Part shown: positions 10,195 through 19,349 of the stretch, piece after piece
Numbering within the stretch: the stretch's first letter is position 1
Layout: every line of letters begins with the position of its first letter
DNA from: an uncultured Candidatus Bathyarchaeia archaeon
Lineage (GTDB): Archaea; Thermoproteota; Bathyarchaeia; Bathyarchaeales; Bathyarchaeaceae
Assembly (NCBI GenBank): GCA_964556565.1
Contig: CAZKWF010000001.1
Location: 33,035 to 97,034 of the forward strand
Reading direction: 5' to 3'
DNA length: 64,000 bases
The notes under the pieces: model-generated
The model's database searches: none
What the model was told of the DNA's origin: nothing
What the model saw: the letters and a program-made list of their open reading frames with translations, nothing else
Made by a program: the position numbers and the translations under genes

Positions 10195-10484
10195 AACGTT
10201 TCCTCCTGTCTGCTTATTTTCTCCGCGATAGCAAATTTTTTCCCAACACTCACGATTTTCACCTTCAGACGCTCCCCAACCTTGACTTGAGGTACAAATA
10301 TTAGAAAGTTTTGTATTCTCGCTATTCCGTCGCCTCTTGTGCCTATGTCATTTATGACCACATCGATTTCTTGCCCTTTTCTAACTGGAACTGGTTGAAA
10401 AGGTATAGCGTCGAACTTCCGTTCTCTTTTATGTTTACGCCTCGGTCTTACGTGCCTTGGTTTTTCTGAAAGCCTTCTCGGCAT
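10191..10484 (-). CDS. TRAM-domain protein with basic N-terminal tail
   Basis: 97 aa. GQEIDVVINDIGTRGDGIARIQNFLIFVPQVKVGERLKVKI. Paralog of 9551-9844. Confidence 0.85.
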   Translation of the reverse strand: MPRRLSEKPRHVRPRRKHKRERKFDAIPFQPVPVRKGQEIDVVINDIGTRGDGIARIQNFLIFVPQVKVGERLKVKIVSVGKKFAIAEKISRQEETL

Positions 10485-10810
10485 CTGTTCTTTCGTCCCT
10501 TATCGCGGAACCAGCCATCCAGACAGAACTGCATTGTCGGTAAAGCGACTTCTAGCGTAGCTCCGTTCCGGTATGCCGGTGAAGATGAAGGATTATTGAT
10601 GTTGAATATAAATTTTGTCATGTGGCGATTTCGTAGATTGGAGGCGGTGGTAAGCAGGCTAGATCAAAAGACGCACGTGAACTAAACAGGCCAGGACCCA
10701 CATAGAGAGACAAAGACGGGCATTTTCTTTCTGTCTGTCTCCAAGAAAACATTCAAATCTATCATAAAACGATAAGCTGAAAGCTATTCCTAGAGTTGGT
10801 AAGAGCTTAG

Positions 10811-10834
10811 TCGGCGTCATAGCCGAGTTTTTTT
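10811..10834 (+). terminator. Hairpin plus T7 tract with no annotated plus-strand gene upstream
   Basis: tcggc-gtcata-gccga followed by g+ttttttt (T-run 10828-10834), inside a 409-bp ORF-free gap. Confidence 0.3.
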
Positions 10835-10893
10835 GGTACTGAGAATGCGAAAAACTTGAAAGGTTAAAGAATGAATGGTAGACTTTCCGCTTG

Positions 10894-12096
10894 TCAGGTG
10901 GTATAAGGTTTGAATTTCCATTTTTCTCGCTCTGAACAAAGTTTCTTCATGATTTCTACAGCTTTTTCTTCAGGTATGGACATCATAATCTTGCCTACGT
11001 GTTTGCAAAGCTGTTTAACGGGGATGCATCTGCTCCAATCCGCACAATCATGAATCACGGTTTGATTAGAAATGTCGATTAACACGCGATATTTACGAAT
11101 CAACGCATTAACTCGTTCATCCGTAACCTCTTGAATTATGACTTCGCTATCCTTGATACCCTTGGCTCGCTTAATTTTGTAAACGGGCATTAGCACTTGG
11201 AGAAGCTCTTGGAAACCCATTTTCTCAATTTTTTCAGGCATGAACGTGGTCAAAGCCAGAGTCCGTTTCTCCATCGGCGGTGCCGTAGCTTTGGTTTTGA
11301 AATATGTCTCCACGGTCTTTTTTGCTTCTTTTTGTTTTGGCGTTAGGATGTCAAGCATTTCTAATACTTGTAAGCAATTTCTCACCGCGTAGCCATGGTA
11401 GTGGTTGTTGAAGTATCCGTACACGGTTTTGGCTTTTTTTGCAGTTTCCTTGACCTTCGGAATCCAAGGCTCTAGTTCCTCCGTCTTGTAGCTGTAGTTG
11501 TACCATGGGCGTTCGCCTTTTCCATGCCACCTTATGTAGGCGATGTCACTTGTCACTTTCACTTCGGGCGGAAGTAATGGTTCATCCACAATCGTGTATG
11601 CAACCTCATACTTTTCAAGAAGCCTCCAGGTTTCATCTCTCAACCAAGAAGGGTCTCGAAACTCGATGGCAAACTTAGACTCTGTGGGCAACAATTCGAA
11701 GAAAGTCTCCATTAGATCGAGGTCAAATTTTATGCCAGGAGGCAACTGAATGAGCACACATCCGAGTTTTCCGTTCAACTGCAACGGTTGCATCAGTTCA
11801 CAAAAGCGTTGAATATCCTCCTCCACACCCTGTTTTGGGTCCAACTTCTTTTTATGCGTGATCAATCTCGGAAGCTTGGCCGCGTACACAAAATCTGACT
11901 TGGTATATTTGAGCCAGCCCATGACCATGCCCTTTGAAGGATATGCGTAGAAGGTGGAGTTGATTTCGGCTGTCTTGAAAACTTCTGAATATGCTTTGAG
12001 CTTACTCGCTTTCTCAACCTTGTAAAAAGGGCCTATCCAATCTTTGTAGGACCATCCAGAGCACCCTAACAATATTTTGTTCACTAAACCCACCAC
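10894..12096 (-). CDS. DUF72 (YecE-like TIM-barrel) protein with about 130-aa C-terminal extension carrying a SWIM-like ...C..CKH... element
   Basis: The N-terminal 270 aa are about 70% identical by eye to the 43687-44517 product. The C-terminus contains HDCADWSRCIPVKQLCKHVGKIM. Confidence 0.75.
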   Translation of the reverse strand: MVGLVNKILLGCSGWSYKDWIGPFYKVEKASKLKAYSEVFKTAEINSTFYAYPSKGMVMGWLKYTKSDFVYAAKLPRLITHKKKLDPKQGVEEDIQRFCELMQPLQLNGKLGCVLIQLPPGIKFDLDLMETFFELLPTESKFAIEFRDPSWLRDETWRLLEKYEVAYTIVDEPLLPPEVKVTSDIAYIRWHGKGERPWYNYSYKTEELEPWIPKVKETAKKAKTVYGYFNNHYHGYAVRNCLQVLEMLDILTPKQKEAKKTVETYFKTKATAPPMEKRTLALTTFMPEKIEKMGFQELLQVLMPVYKIKRAKGIKDSEVIIQEVTDERVNALIRKYRVLIDISNQTVIHDCADWSRCIPVKQLCKHVGKIMMSIPEEKAVEIMKKLCSEREKWKFKPYTT

Positions 12097-12173
12097 GAGA
12101 CTTGTATAATAAATGGAAACAGACTTGTATATTACTAATTGTTGAATTTGAAGCTGTTTGATTCAGCCAAGCA

Positions 12174-12332
12174 CTAGCGTTTTTCACCTCTAACGAAAAG
12201 GTAAGTTCTGTACGGTTTGAACCCTACTTTCTCGTATGCCCGTACAGCAGATGGATTGTCGCTGAGAACATGAATAAACGCCATTGGGCATCTTGTTAAG
12301 ATTTTCTTAACCAATGAGGACACGATTGATGT
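12174..12332 (-). pseudogene. C-terminal fragment of a disrupted GNAT acetyltransferase
   Basis: Translates as TSIVSSLVKKILTRCPMAFIHVLSDNPSAVRAYEKVGFKPYRTYLFVRGEKR* (stop at 12174-12176). It continues the GNAT fold that breaks off at 14333. Confidence 0.7.
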
Positions 12333-12442
12333 TTACGTATAGATTAACGTGTTGCGAATGTTCTTGTGCCCTAGGGTTCTCATCATATGAGGATTCTTGG
12401 TCTGTAAATGAGGGCAAGGATAGACGAGGCGACGTGATGTGG

Positions 12443-13564
12443 TCAAGTTTGTGCCTTGATTCCGTCGACTTTATGCTCCGCTTCGGTAATGTAAAGCCGA
12501 ACGTTTTTTTTACACTTAATTTTTTCAATTATTCCTTGTGTGGTCAATTTCTGTACATGGTAGTTTACGGTGTTCTTATGGAGCTTTAGTTGCCTGCAAA
12601 TCACGACTTGGGTTATACCTGGGTTAGAGGCTATAAAACCTAATATTTTAGCTGCGTTCTTGTTCAGCAACGCAATACGAATTTGGACTTGGAGTCTGCT
12701 AGGTCTTCTTCCAGTTGGATAGAAGATGAGGTATCGCCCGCATCGATCGTGGCCGATGAAACGGAAACGTTCAAGCACACTTAGGTGCCACTTAACTGCA
12801 TGAACGCCTAAGCCAAAGTTTTTCGTTATTTCACGTAAGTGTGCCCCCGGGTGCTTTTTTAGATACTCGTAGATTTTTCTGCGCTTCTCATTCGACAGAA
12901 TAACAGTCTCTGAAAGTCGCCCCACTTGTACTAAAATTGTTATCGTTAAAGGATAGATATGATCATCTGACAACCTTAAAGTTAGATGAAGTTTAAGAAA
13001 AGTAGTAAAAGAATCTTTTTTAATGATGCCAGATCCAACATAATGCATTTGAATAGGAGTCTGTTGAGCTGGCTTTGTACTTAAGTTCATAGCTTCTGCT
13101 TTGAAAATCTGGTCAGAAACTACCGTTGTAAAATTAAGTTTCCATGACTGTTCAGGAGATTTTATTGTAATGATAAAGGAATGGTCATTTGTAGTTTTAT
13201 TACTACATTTTTCGTCAGACAAGTTATTGTCGTGTTGTACTTCAAACACAGATTTTATCTGTAAATGTATAATTGTCGTTTGATTAAACATAAGTAACGT
13301 GTCATTGACAATTTCAATTACATTATCCGTATAATTTCTCGCGTAATTATTTACCTCGGTCCCTAATTCAATAAGTTTGGTTTGAGTCAGTACCTTAGCA
13401 GAACTACCTTCAAAAGAAAGAACTCTCGGCGTTTGCAACGAGAAACAGACTAAAAGTAGAAGTGCTATAATCACGCTAAAACGAATTTTCAACGTGTTAC
13501 CCGCAATATTTAGGACCAAACTAATATAATTAAGATTTGGTACAAACTTTGTTCCAAAATCCAA
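12443..13564 (-). CDS. Membrane-anchored protein with extracytoplasmic domain and two C-terminal ArsR-like wHTH domains
   Basis: 373 aa. N-terminal TM helix (VIIALLLLVCF). C-terminal KIYEYLKKHPGAHLREITK...VKWHLSVLE and AKILGFIASNPGITQVVICRQLKLHKNTVNYHVQKL. Confidence 0.6.
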   Translation of the reverse strand: MDFGTKFVPNLNYISLVLNIAGNTLKIRFSVIIALLLLVCFSLQTPRVLSFEGSSAKVLTQTKLIELGTEVNNYARNYTDNVIEIVNDTLLMFNQTTIIHLQIKSVFEVQHDNNLSDEKCSNKTTNDHSFIITIKSPEQSWKLNFTTVVSDQIFKAEAMNLSTKPAQQTPIQMHYVGSGIIKKDSFTTFLKLHLTLRLSDDHIYPLTITILVQVGRLSETVILSNEKRRKIYEYLKKHPGAHLREITKNFGLGVHAVKWHLSVLERFRFIGHDRCGRYLIFYPTGRRPSRLQVQIRIALLNKNAAKILGFIASNPGITQVVICRQLKLHKNTVNYHVQKLTTQGIIEKIKCKKNVRLYITEAEHKVDGIKAQT

Positions 13565-13604
13565 TTATGCATGTCTTCCCATCCTATTTATATGGGATGA
13601 AGGA

Positions 13605-14165
13605 ATGAAAATAAAACTAATGTGGACTAATGTGGCTCTGATTGCCTCATTAATCCTCGCGGTGAGTTTTCTGCCCCTGTTGATAAGCAATCCCAAACTC
13701 AGCCCTATTGTTACGTCGGAAGCTCAGCAAGAAGGGATACGTATGATTATGGAGACTATTATAATCTTCGACAATGGTACTAAAGTAAAAATAGGCCCCA
13801 TAGAAGTTCCATGTCGTGTCGTCGAAGTGACTGATAGAGGTGACGTGGTCGTACCTGAGTATCTCCCTCCAGAAGCAAACATGGTAACAAAGACTCCAAG
13901 TGATTCCGATACCACGATAGCTGGACGAATAACATGGAGTGGACTAGGAAGCGGTTGGCATTATCTTCAGGCACCATTTAATTATACATTTTCAGCAACT
14001 CCAGTAGTAGCTATCGGGTGTTTCTACTCTTGGTCAGATTCTGGGCATATTGAGGATAAAAATAATCCCGACAGTGGACTTGGGATATATACAACATATT
14101 TCTGGTACCGTGTCCAGTCTAGTGGCGCTGGCAGGGCGGGAGTTAATTTCTACGCGACGGATTAG
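13605..14165 (+). CDS. Secreted or membrane-anchored hypothetical protein
   Basis: 186 aa. N-terminal signal/TM segment (VALIASLILAVSFLPLLI). No recognisable catalytic motif. Confidence 0.5.
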   Translation: MKIKLMWTNVALIASLILAVSFLPLLISNPKLSPIVTSEAQQEGIRMIMETIIIFDNGTKVKIGPIEVPCRVVEVTDRGDVVVPEYLPPEANMVTKTPSDSDTTIAGRITWSGLGSGWHYLQAPFNYTFSATPVVAIGCFYSWSDSGHIEDKNNPDSGLGIYTTYFWYRVQSSGAGRAGVNFYATD

Positions 14166-14332
14166 CACCAGAGCATCAGAGTTTTAGCGTCAACTCCTTT
14201 TCCTTTTTTGTCTGAGAGTTTTAGATTATAGTTGGATAAACGATTCTAAGGTGGAAAAAGCATTTGGAAGATATGTGACTAAGACTTCAAGGACTCCTTG
14301 CCTTTTTTCCTGCCTATATCACTTCTTTTGTT

Positions 14333-14901
14333 TGCGTAGCCTTTGCATTTATGTGACTCTTCAGTGGCTACCACTCCGATGTTACTTCCCCACCCAGTGA
14401 AACGTGTACCCCCTAGCGAAATAAGCTTTCCATCAACCTTTATTCCCAACCAAAGCCTTCCATCATACCTTCAATGATCCGTTGGGATGCAGTCTCTCTC
14501 CACGACTCTGGATTTGCCTGTCTCATCAAACTAGCTATTTCTTTTGCATCAGTGGGAGTTAGCTTAACTACTGGATGTTTAATGTGTAATCTTTCCTCAC
14601 CTTTTTGCAAGGTCATTAAAATCAATTCGTGCCTTGTCAAGGGCTTGTATTTCTTGAGCACTAGGTTTTCATGTTCCATCAAAACTTGGATCTCAGCTTT
14701 TTCCAAATCGAGATATTCTAAAAGAGCGTTAGCAGCTTCAGCGCTTCCCCTCAGTTGAACTATGCTTTGTCTATAAGTCAACATCATTCCCTGTATCCGA
14801 TTGTCTTTCAAAGCCAGCAGTATCTTTGTCGAGTTTTTCTCGAATTTCCAATCAAGAATGAAAAAATGGTGATGAGGGCATCTTGATATACGTAGTTCCA
14901 A
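14333..14901 (-). pseudogene. N-terminal part of the disrupted GNAT (FR47-like architecture), with a frameshift near 14445-14460
   Basis: The 153-aa track ORF (14440-14901) ends EGFGWE*. The adjacent frame continues WLGIKVDGKLISLGGTRFTGWGSNIGVVATEESHKCKGYA, then runs into the inserted DNA. Confidence 0.65.
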
Positions 14902-15042
14902 AAAATATCCTCAAACCTAGAGTCAAGAGGTAGTATTTCCATTTAAAATCACTCGTCTTTTCCACGTTTTCCTCTTTTTTTGAGATTACTACCGAAAAAG
15001 TCAAAAAGCACAGGCTTTGTTATACGTTTCGGTTACTTAACA

Positions 15043-15771
15043 ATGTGTCCTGCGAGGAAGAAAACGACTATTAAAAAGAGCGACTTCATCATCCTCAATT
15101 ATGTAGGTAGAGTTAAAGAAACAGGAGAAATCTTTGACACCACCTTCGAAGACGTAGCGAAAAAGGAAAAACTGTACAAAGAGGGAGAAATCTATGAACC
15201 GAGACTGATCGTTGTCGGAGAAGGCTGGGTATTGAAGGCCTTAGATGAGAGTCTACTAAAGTTCAAACTAAAGAAAGCTTCCTCCGTCGAAATACCTCCG
15301 GAAAAGGCGTTCGGACCCCGAGATCCAGAAAAGGTCAAAATGGTCGCCCTTCGGAGACTAATCTCCCGCGGAATTACGCCTAAAATAGGAATGCGTCTCG
15401 AAGTTGATGGAAAACTCGCTACTATAAGAACTATGGGGTCTGGAAGAGTTCAACTGGATCATAACCCTCCCTTAGCTGGCAAAACCTTGGTTTATGACGT
15501 GACAGTTGAGAAAAAGCTTGAGACAAAAGCGGAAAAAATTGCTGCTCTCATCCACCGAAGAATACCTTCAGTAGACTTGAAGATGTTTCATGTGAAAATA
15601 GGAAAAACGGGCGTGGTTATAAACGTGCCCGAGGAAGCGTTTTATGTGGAAGGGCTACAGCTTGCGAAAAGAGGCATCGCTACCGACACACAAAGGTTTT
15701 TCCCAGAGACAACAACAGTGAAATTCGTTGAAACGTTTAAGAAGAAGGAAGTCAAGGCAAAAAAACCTTGA
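15043..15771 (+). CDS. Long archaeal FKBP-type peptidyl-prolyl isomerase
   Basis: DFIILNYVGRVKETGEIFDTT... and VQLDHNPPLAGKTLVYDVTVEK. First ATG is at 15043; the track start is TTG 14980. Confidence 0.85.
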   Translation: MCPARKKTTIKKSDFIILNYVGRVKETGEIFDTTFEDVAKKEKLYKEGEIYEPRLIVVGEGWVLKALDESLLKFKLKKASSVEIPPEKAFGPRDPEKVKMVALRRLISRGITPKIGMRLEVDGKLATIRTMGSGRVQLDHNPPLAGKTLVYDVTVEKKLETKAEKIAALIHRRIPSVDLKMFHVKIGKTGVVINVPEEAFYVEGLQLAKRGIATDTQRFFPETTTVKFVETFKKKEVKAKKP

Positions 15772-15845
15772 TGACGACAAGTTTTCACATTGCTTGACAA
15801 CTACAAAGGTAACCACCGGCTTTCTGAGTCAACACCACTCCTGTT

Positions 15846-16910
15846 TCAATCTATCACACCCGTGGCTTTTACAATTTTCTCCGCAGAATCATAATCCAAT
15901 CTTTTTTCTTCCAAAATCGTATATCGCTCAGGACGAATTGCACGAGCTCGTACTAAAGCCTGTATAATATACTTCGGTTCTATTCCAAGCTCCGCAGCAG
16001 TGGTAGGAGCACCCACTTTTCGTAGCGTCTCTTTGATGTGTTTCCAATTCATTTCATAAAGGTATGCCATCATTATTGTTCCCACGCCACACTGTTCCCC
16101 ATGCAAGCCTGGTTTTGACGCGATAAGATCGAGAGCGTGACTGAATAAATGTTCGGAGCCACTACAAGGTCTACTGCTTCCCGCGATGCTCATGGCGACC
16201 CCACAACTTATCAACGCCTCCAAGAGAACCCGAACTCCCTCTTCAATTCTATGTTCCATTATGCCCGCATTTTTCGCAACAAGCTTTGCACTCATCAAGG
16301 CTAAACTTGCAGCATATTCACCATAATACTCGTTTTTCACGCTATTGGCTAGTTTCCAGTCGCGAACCGCTGTGAATTTAGATATTGCGTCTCCACATCC
16401 GCTTGCTGTGAAACGATGAGGTGCTTGGGTGATTATACTGGTATCTGCAATAATGGCCATAGGAGACTGCGCCACATCAGAGTAAGGTTTGTCTAGCCCT
16501 TTAACTGACACGAAGGGGCTTGCAATTCCATCATGAGAGGCAGCGGTAGGTATGCTTATGAATGGAATGTTTTGACGTGCAGAACTAAGTTTTGCAACGT
16601 CGATTTTGGTGCCGCCACCGACCCCAAGAACCACCTGCGGTTTTAACTCATGTATCCTTTTTTCAACCAACTCAACATCTTTCATGGTGGAAGAGTCTAC
16701 GATTATTTGATCAACATTCATTCTTGCATCATCGAGTAAATCAATGATTTTTTGACCTGCAATTGAACGTGTGTGAGGACCCGTTACCGCAAAGGCGGAT
16801 TCCGAAAAGCCAAGTTTTTTGCAAATATCCCAAACAAGTTCTAAGGTTTCGTTTCCCACAATGACTTCTCTCGGAAGTTGCATGCGATGTAGCTTCATAG
16901 TCAAGGGCAA
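15846..16910 (-). CDS. egsA: sn-glycerol-1-phosphate dehydrogenase
   Basis: 354 aa. GVGGGTKIDVAK, ASHDGIASP and GSEHLFSH...HGEQCG metal-site motifs. This is an archaeal lipid hallmark enzyme. Confidence 0.9.
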   Translation of the reverse strand: MPLTMKLHRMQLPREVIVGNETLELVWDICKKLGFSESAFAVTGPHTRSIAGQKIIDLLDDARMNVDQIIVDSSTMKDVELVEKRIHELKPQVVLGVGGGTKIDVAKLSSARQNIPFISIPTAASHDGIASPFVSVKGLDKPYSDVAQSPMAIIADTSIITQAPHRFTASGCGDAISKFTAVRDWKLANSVKNEYYGEYAASLALMSAKLVAKNAGIMEHRIEEGVRVLLEALISCGVAMSIAGSSRPCSGSEHLFSHALDLIASKPGLHGEQCGVGTIMMAYLYEMNWKHIKETLRKVGAPTTAAELGIEPKYIIQALVRARAIRPERYTILEEKRLDYDSAEKIVKATGVID

Positions 16911-17011
16911 TCACTGTTTCAAGGTCTCATTTTAATGAGTCTCAAAGCATTTTTAAATTGGTCGGTGAAGTGCCCATATTGTTAAATTCGCATTTACTTC
17001 AGTAAAACGAG

Positions 17012-17359
17012 CTATTCAGCTGGAGTTTCCCCAAGAAAGTCTTTTAGCACTTGTTGCACCGGCATTTCGAAAAGCTCCCGCAGTCGTTCCAGCAATTTCG
17101 TTCCTTCTTCTGTTATCGAGTAGTAATTGATACGCCTTCTACCTCTTTGCCTCCACTTGCTGACAGTGAACCCTTTTTCTTCCAGCTCGTAGAGTAGAGG
17201 GTACACTATGCCCGGACGGAAACTTTGACCAGTTAATCTTTTCATCTCCTTCACAATTCTGTATCCCGACATAGGCTCCCGGCTGACTAACCAAAGAATG
17301 ATAGCTCTGTTAAAACCTCTGATGGTAGTTTTAATCAAGTCTTTCTCCATGTCAGCCAA
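17012..17359 (-). CDS. PadR-family transcriptional regulator
   Basis: 115 aa. wHTH pattern MSGYRIVKEMKRLTG...PGIVYPLLYELEEKGF. Confidence 0.85.
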   Translation of the reverse strand: MADMEKDLIKTTIRGFNRAIILWLVSREPMSGYRIVKEMKRLTGQSFRPGIVYPLLYELEEKGFTVSKWRQRGRRRINYYSITEEGTKLLERLRELFEMPVQQVLKDFLGETPAE

Positions 17360-17491
17360 TGATGAAGCCTCTAGCTACCTCATTAGACTTCCTCAGGTCT
17401 TGATATGATTTACGTGAAGGCCAGTTGAAGCCTTTTCCCACAAGTGTAGGAGACTCGAGGAACTTCAATTTTCAAAAAGTTGATACATAAA

Positions 17492-17833
17492 CTAATCGAT
17501 CTCGCCTTTGTCAGCCAGCATATCTGTAATGAGCTCTTTGATCGGCATTTTGAAAAAATTGCGAACTCTACCTAGAAGGTTCTCGCCTTTTTTGGTTAGT
17601 GAGTAATATTTTATTTTACGTTTGCCCTTTTCAATCCATTTACTTACGGTGAAACCGCCTTTTTCTAAATGGTGGAGAAAAGGATATACTATTCCAGGCT
17701 TCAACTTCTGCCCAGTTAGTTTAGTGAACTCCTTCATGAGCTCGTATCCAGATCTTGGTTTAACGTACAGAAGCCATAGTATTATTGGTTTATTGAGCCC
17801 TCGTATGAATGCGTAAACGAAGTTTTTGACCAT
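17492..17833 (-). CDS. PadR-family transcriptional regulator (tandem paralog)
   Basis: 113 aa. RSGYELMKEFTKLTG...PGIVYPFLHHLEKGGF. Confidence 0.85.
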   Translation of the reverse strand: MVKNFVYAFIRGLNKPIILWLLYVKPRSGYELMKEFTKLTGQKLKPGIVYPFLHHLEKGGFTVSKWIEKGKRKIKYYSLTKKGENLLGRVRNFFKMPIKELITDMLADKGEID

Positions 17834-17916
17834 GTGCTCACCAGGTAGTAAGTCTTATATATATCAAAATTTAAATGTTTTGCAATTTGTGATACGAAAT
17901 CTCTGGGGGTGCTTGG

Positions 17917-18798
17917 ATGTTTCAATATCTCAGGGCTTGCAGAGTCGATAGTTGGATCGGATGGGCTTTCAGTTTTGGTTTGGGAAGCATAATCTTTGAC
18001 CTTCCCCCTTTTGAACGCGCTGCCATAGTTTTTACAGCTTTCCTGCTCGTCACAGCCAGCGTCTTCGTTTTAAATCAATACGTTGACCGTGAAGCGGATC
18101 AAAAAAACAAAGTCAAATCACGTTTACCTGTTGCATCAGGGAAAATAACACCACGTAATGCATTGATTTTTTCCTTATTACTGATCATCTTAGGTTTAGC
18201 TCTGGTTTTCGTAGTTGATGTTTATCTCTCTGCGTTGTTTCTTATATATCTCGGACTATGGACTGCCTACTCCACTCCACCTTTCAGGCTTAAAGCTCTG
18301 CCAGTTGTAGACCTCGTCGTTTCAGGTTTAGGTGCCGGGTTTTTACCATTCTTCATGGGTTTGGGAGTGACTCACCACCTAAACAGTGATGTTTCATTAA
18401 TTATGTTAGTTGCCATACCCTTAACATTGATTCACTCAGGAGGTCACATAATTCAAGCCGTCGGAGACTGTGAAGCAGACAGTGAAACGGGGATTAACAC
18501 CTCTGCCGTAAAGTATGGAAAGAAGAAAACTGTTGTAGTTGCTGGGTTAATGATACTTGTGGCAGTTCTCTCACCATTTGTATATTCAGCTTTTGGTTTA
18601 CTCTCTTATAGCCACCTACTTTTGTTTTTTATACTCTTTCCGCTTTCCATGCCTGTTGTTAAACGATATGCAGATGTTTTGAAAGACCCTTCAACAAGAA
18701 GCGTCGTTAACCTACAGAAAACAGCTGGAAAGTATGGGACCATCGCAATAGCCGTAGTGTGGGCTTATGCAGTGTTTACAAAGATAGCTGGCTTCTAA
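17917..18798 (+). CDS. UbiA-family prenyltransferase (possible ether-lipid or quinone prenyltransferase)
   Basis: 293 aa, about 8 TM helices, with Asp-rich motif NQYVDREADQKN. Confidence 0.8.
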   Translation: MFQYLRACRVDSWIGWAFSFGLGSIIFDLPPFERAAIVFTAFLLVTASVFVLNQYVDREADQKNKVKSRLPVASGKITPRNALIFSLLLIILGLALVFVVDVYLSALFLIYLGLWTAYSTPPFRLKALPVVDLVVSGLGAGFLPFFMGLGVTHHLNSDVSLIMLVAIPLTLIHSGGHIIQAVGDCEADSETGINTSAVKYGKKKTVVVAGLMILVAVLSPFVYSAFGLLSYSHLLLFFILFPLSMPVVKRYADVLKDPSTRSVVNLQKTAGKYGTIAIAVVWAYAVFTKIAGF

Positions 18799-18867
18799 AG
18801 GCTCAACATAGAACCTGCAAGATGTTAATGGCTAATCTCAACGCCAAAAAAGCTGGGGAGGTTTGCG

Positions 18868-19245
18868 CTATTCGATTCCCCATCGTTTGGTGACTTTGAC
18901 TATTATGAAGATTACGAAGGCTACGATGAGAAAGGTTATCAATGCACCCAAGAAGTGCCCAACTAGAAACGGGCCAACTGATATTTCATCCCACTTACCC
19001 ATGCCTGGAACTAGCTGTATTGTTGGCATGATAAGATCGCTTACTAGTGCTTGAACCAATGCACCAAGGTATATACCCATAATGAAAGCTACTGCTAATC
19101 CCATGACCTTGTATTTTGAGAGGAACTCTAAGAACTCGGCCCACACTCCTTTGGGTGCTGGGGTAGGTGGAGTAGGTTTAGGTTCAACAGCTTCCCTAAT
19201 CTTCTTAAGTTCTTCCAACATTTCCTTCTCAATAGAGTTTGACAA
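18868..19245 (-). CDS. mscL: Large-conductance mechanosensitive channel
   Basis: 125 aa. FLEFLSKYKVMGLAVAFIMGIYLGALVQALVSDLIMP matches the MscL TM1 signature. Confidence 0.8.
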   Translation of the reverse strand: MSNSIEKEMLEELKKIREAVEPKPTPPTPAPKGVWAEFLEFLSKYKVMGLAVAFIMGIYLGALVQALVSDLIMPTIQLVPGMGKWDEISVGPFLVGHFLGALITFLIVAFVIFIIVKVTKRWGIE

Positions 19246-19349
19246 TTAATCCCCTCAAAACTATCTTTTCGATCCATGTTCAGTTTTAAATGTTTCGAAA
19301 AGAAGAAACCTATAAAACGTGAAAAAGTCTGAAATGCCAATTACACAAG

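Larger units (their letters stand above)
12333..14332. other. 2.0-kb two-gene insertion splitting the GNAT gene
   Basis: GNAT homology stops at ...HKCKGYA (14333) and resumes at TSIVSS (12332). The intervening DNA looks AT-richer by eye and carries 12443-13564 and 13605-14165. I found no clear terminal repeats. Confidence 0.6.

Noticed and set aside
12307-12589. The track ORFs 12307-12528(-) and 12314-12589(+).
   Set aside because: They overlap the 3' end of 12443-13564 and the GNAT C-terminal fragment, have no motifs, and are better explained by the pseudogene/insertion junction.
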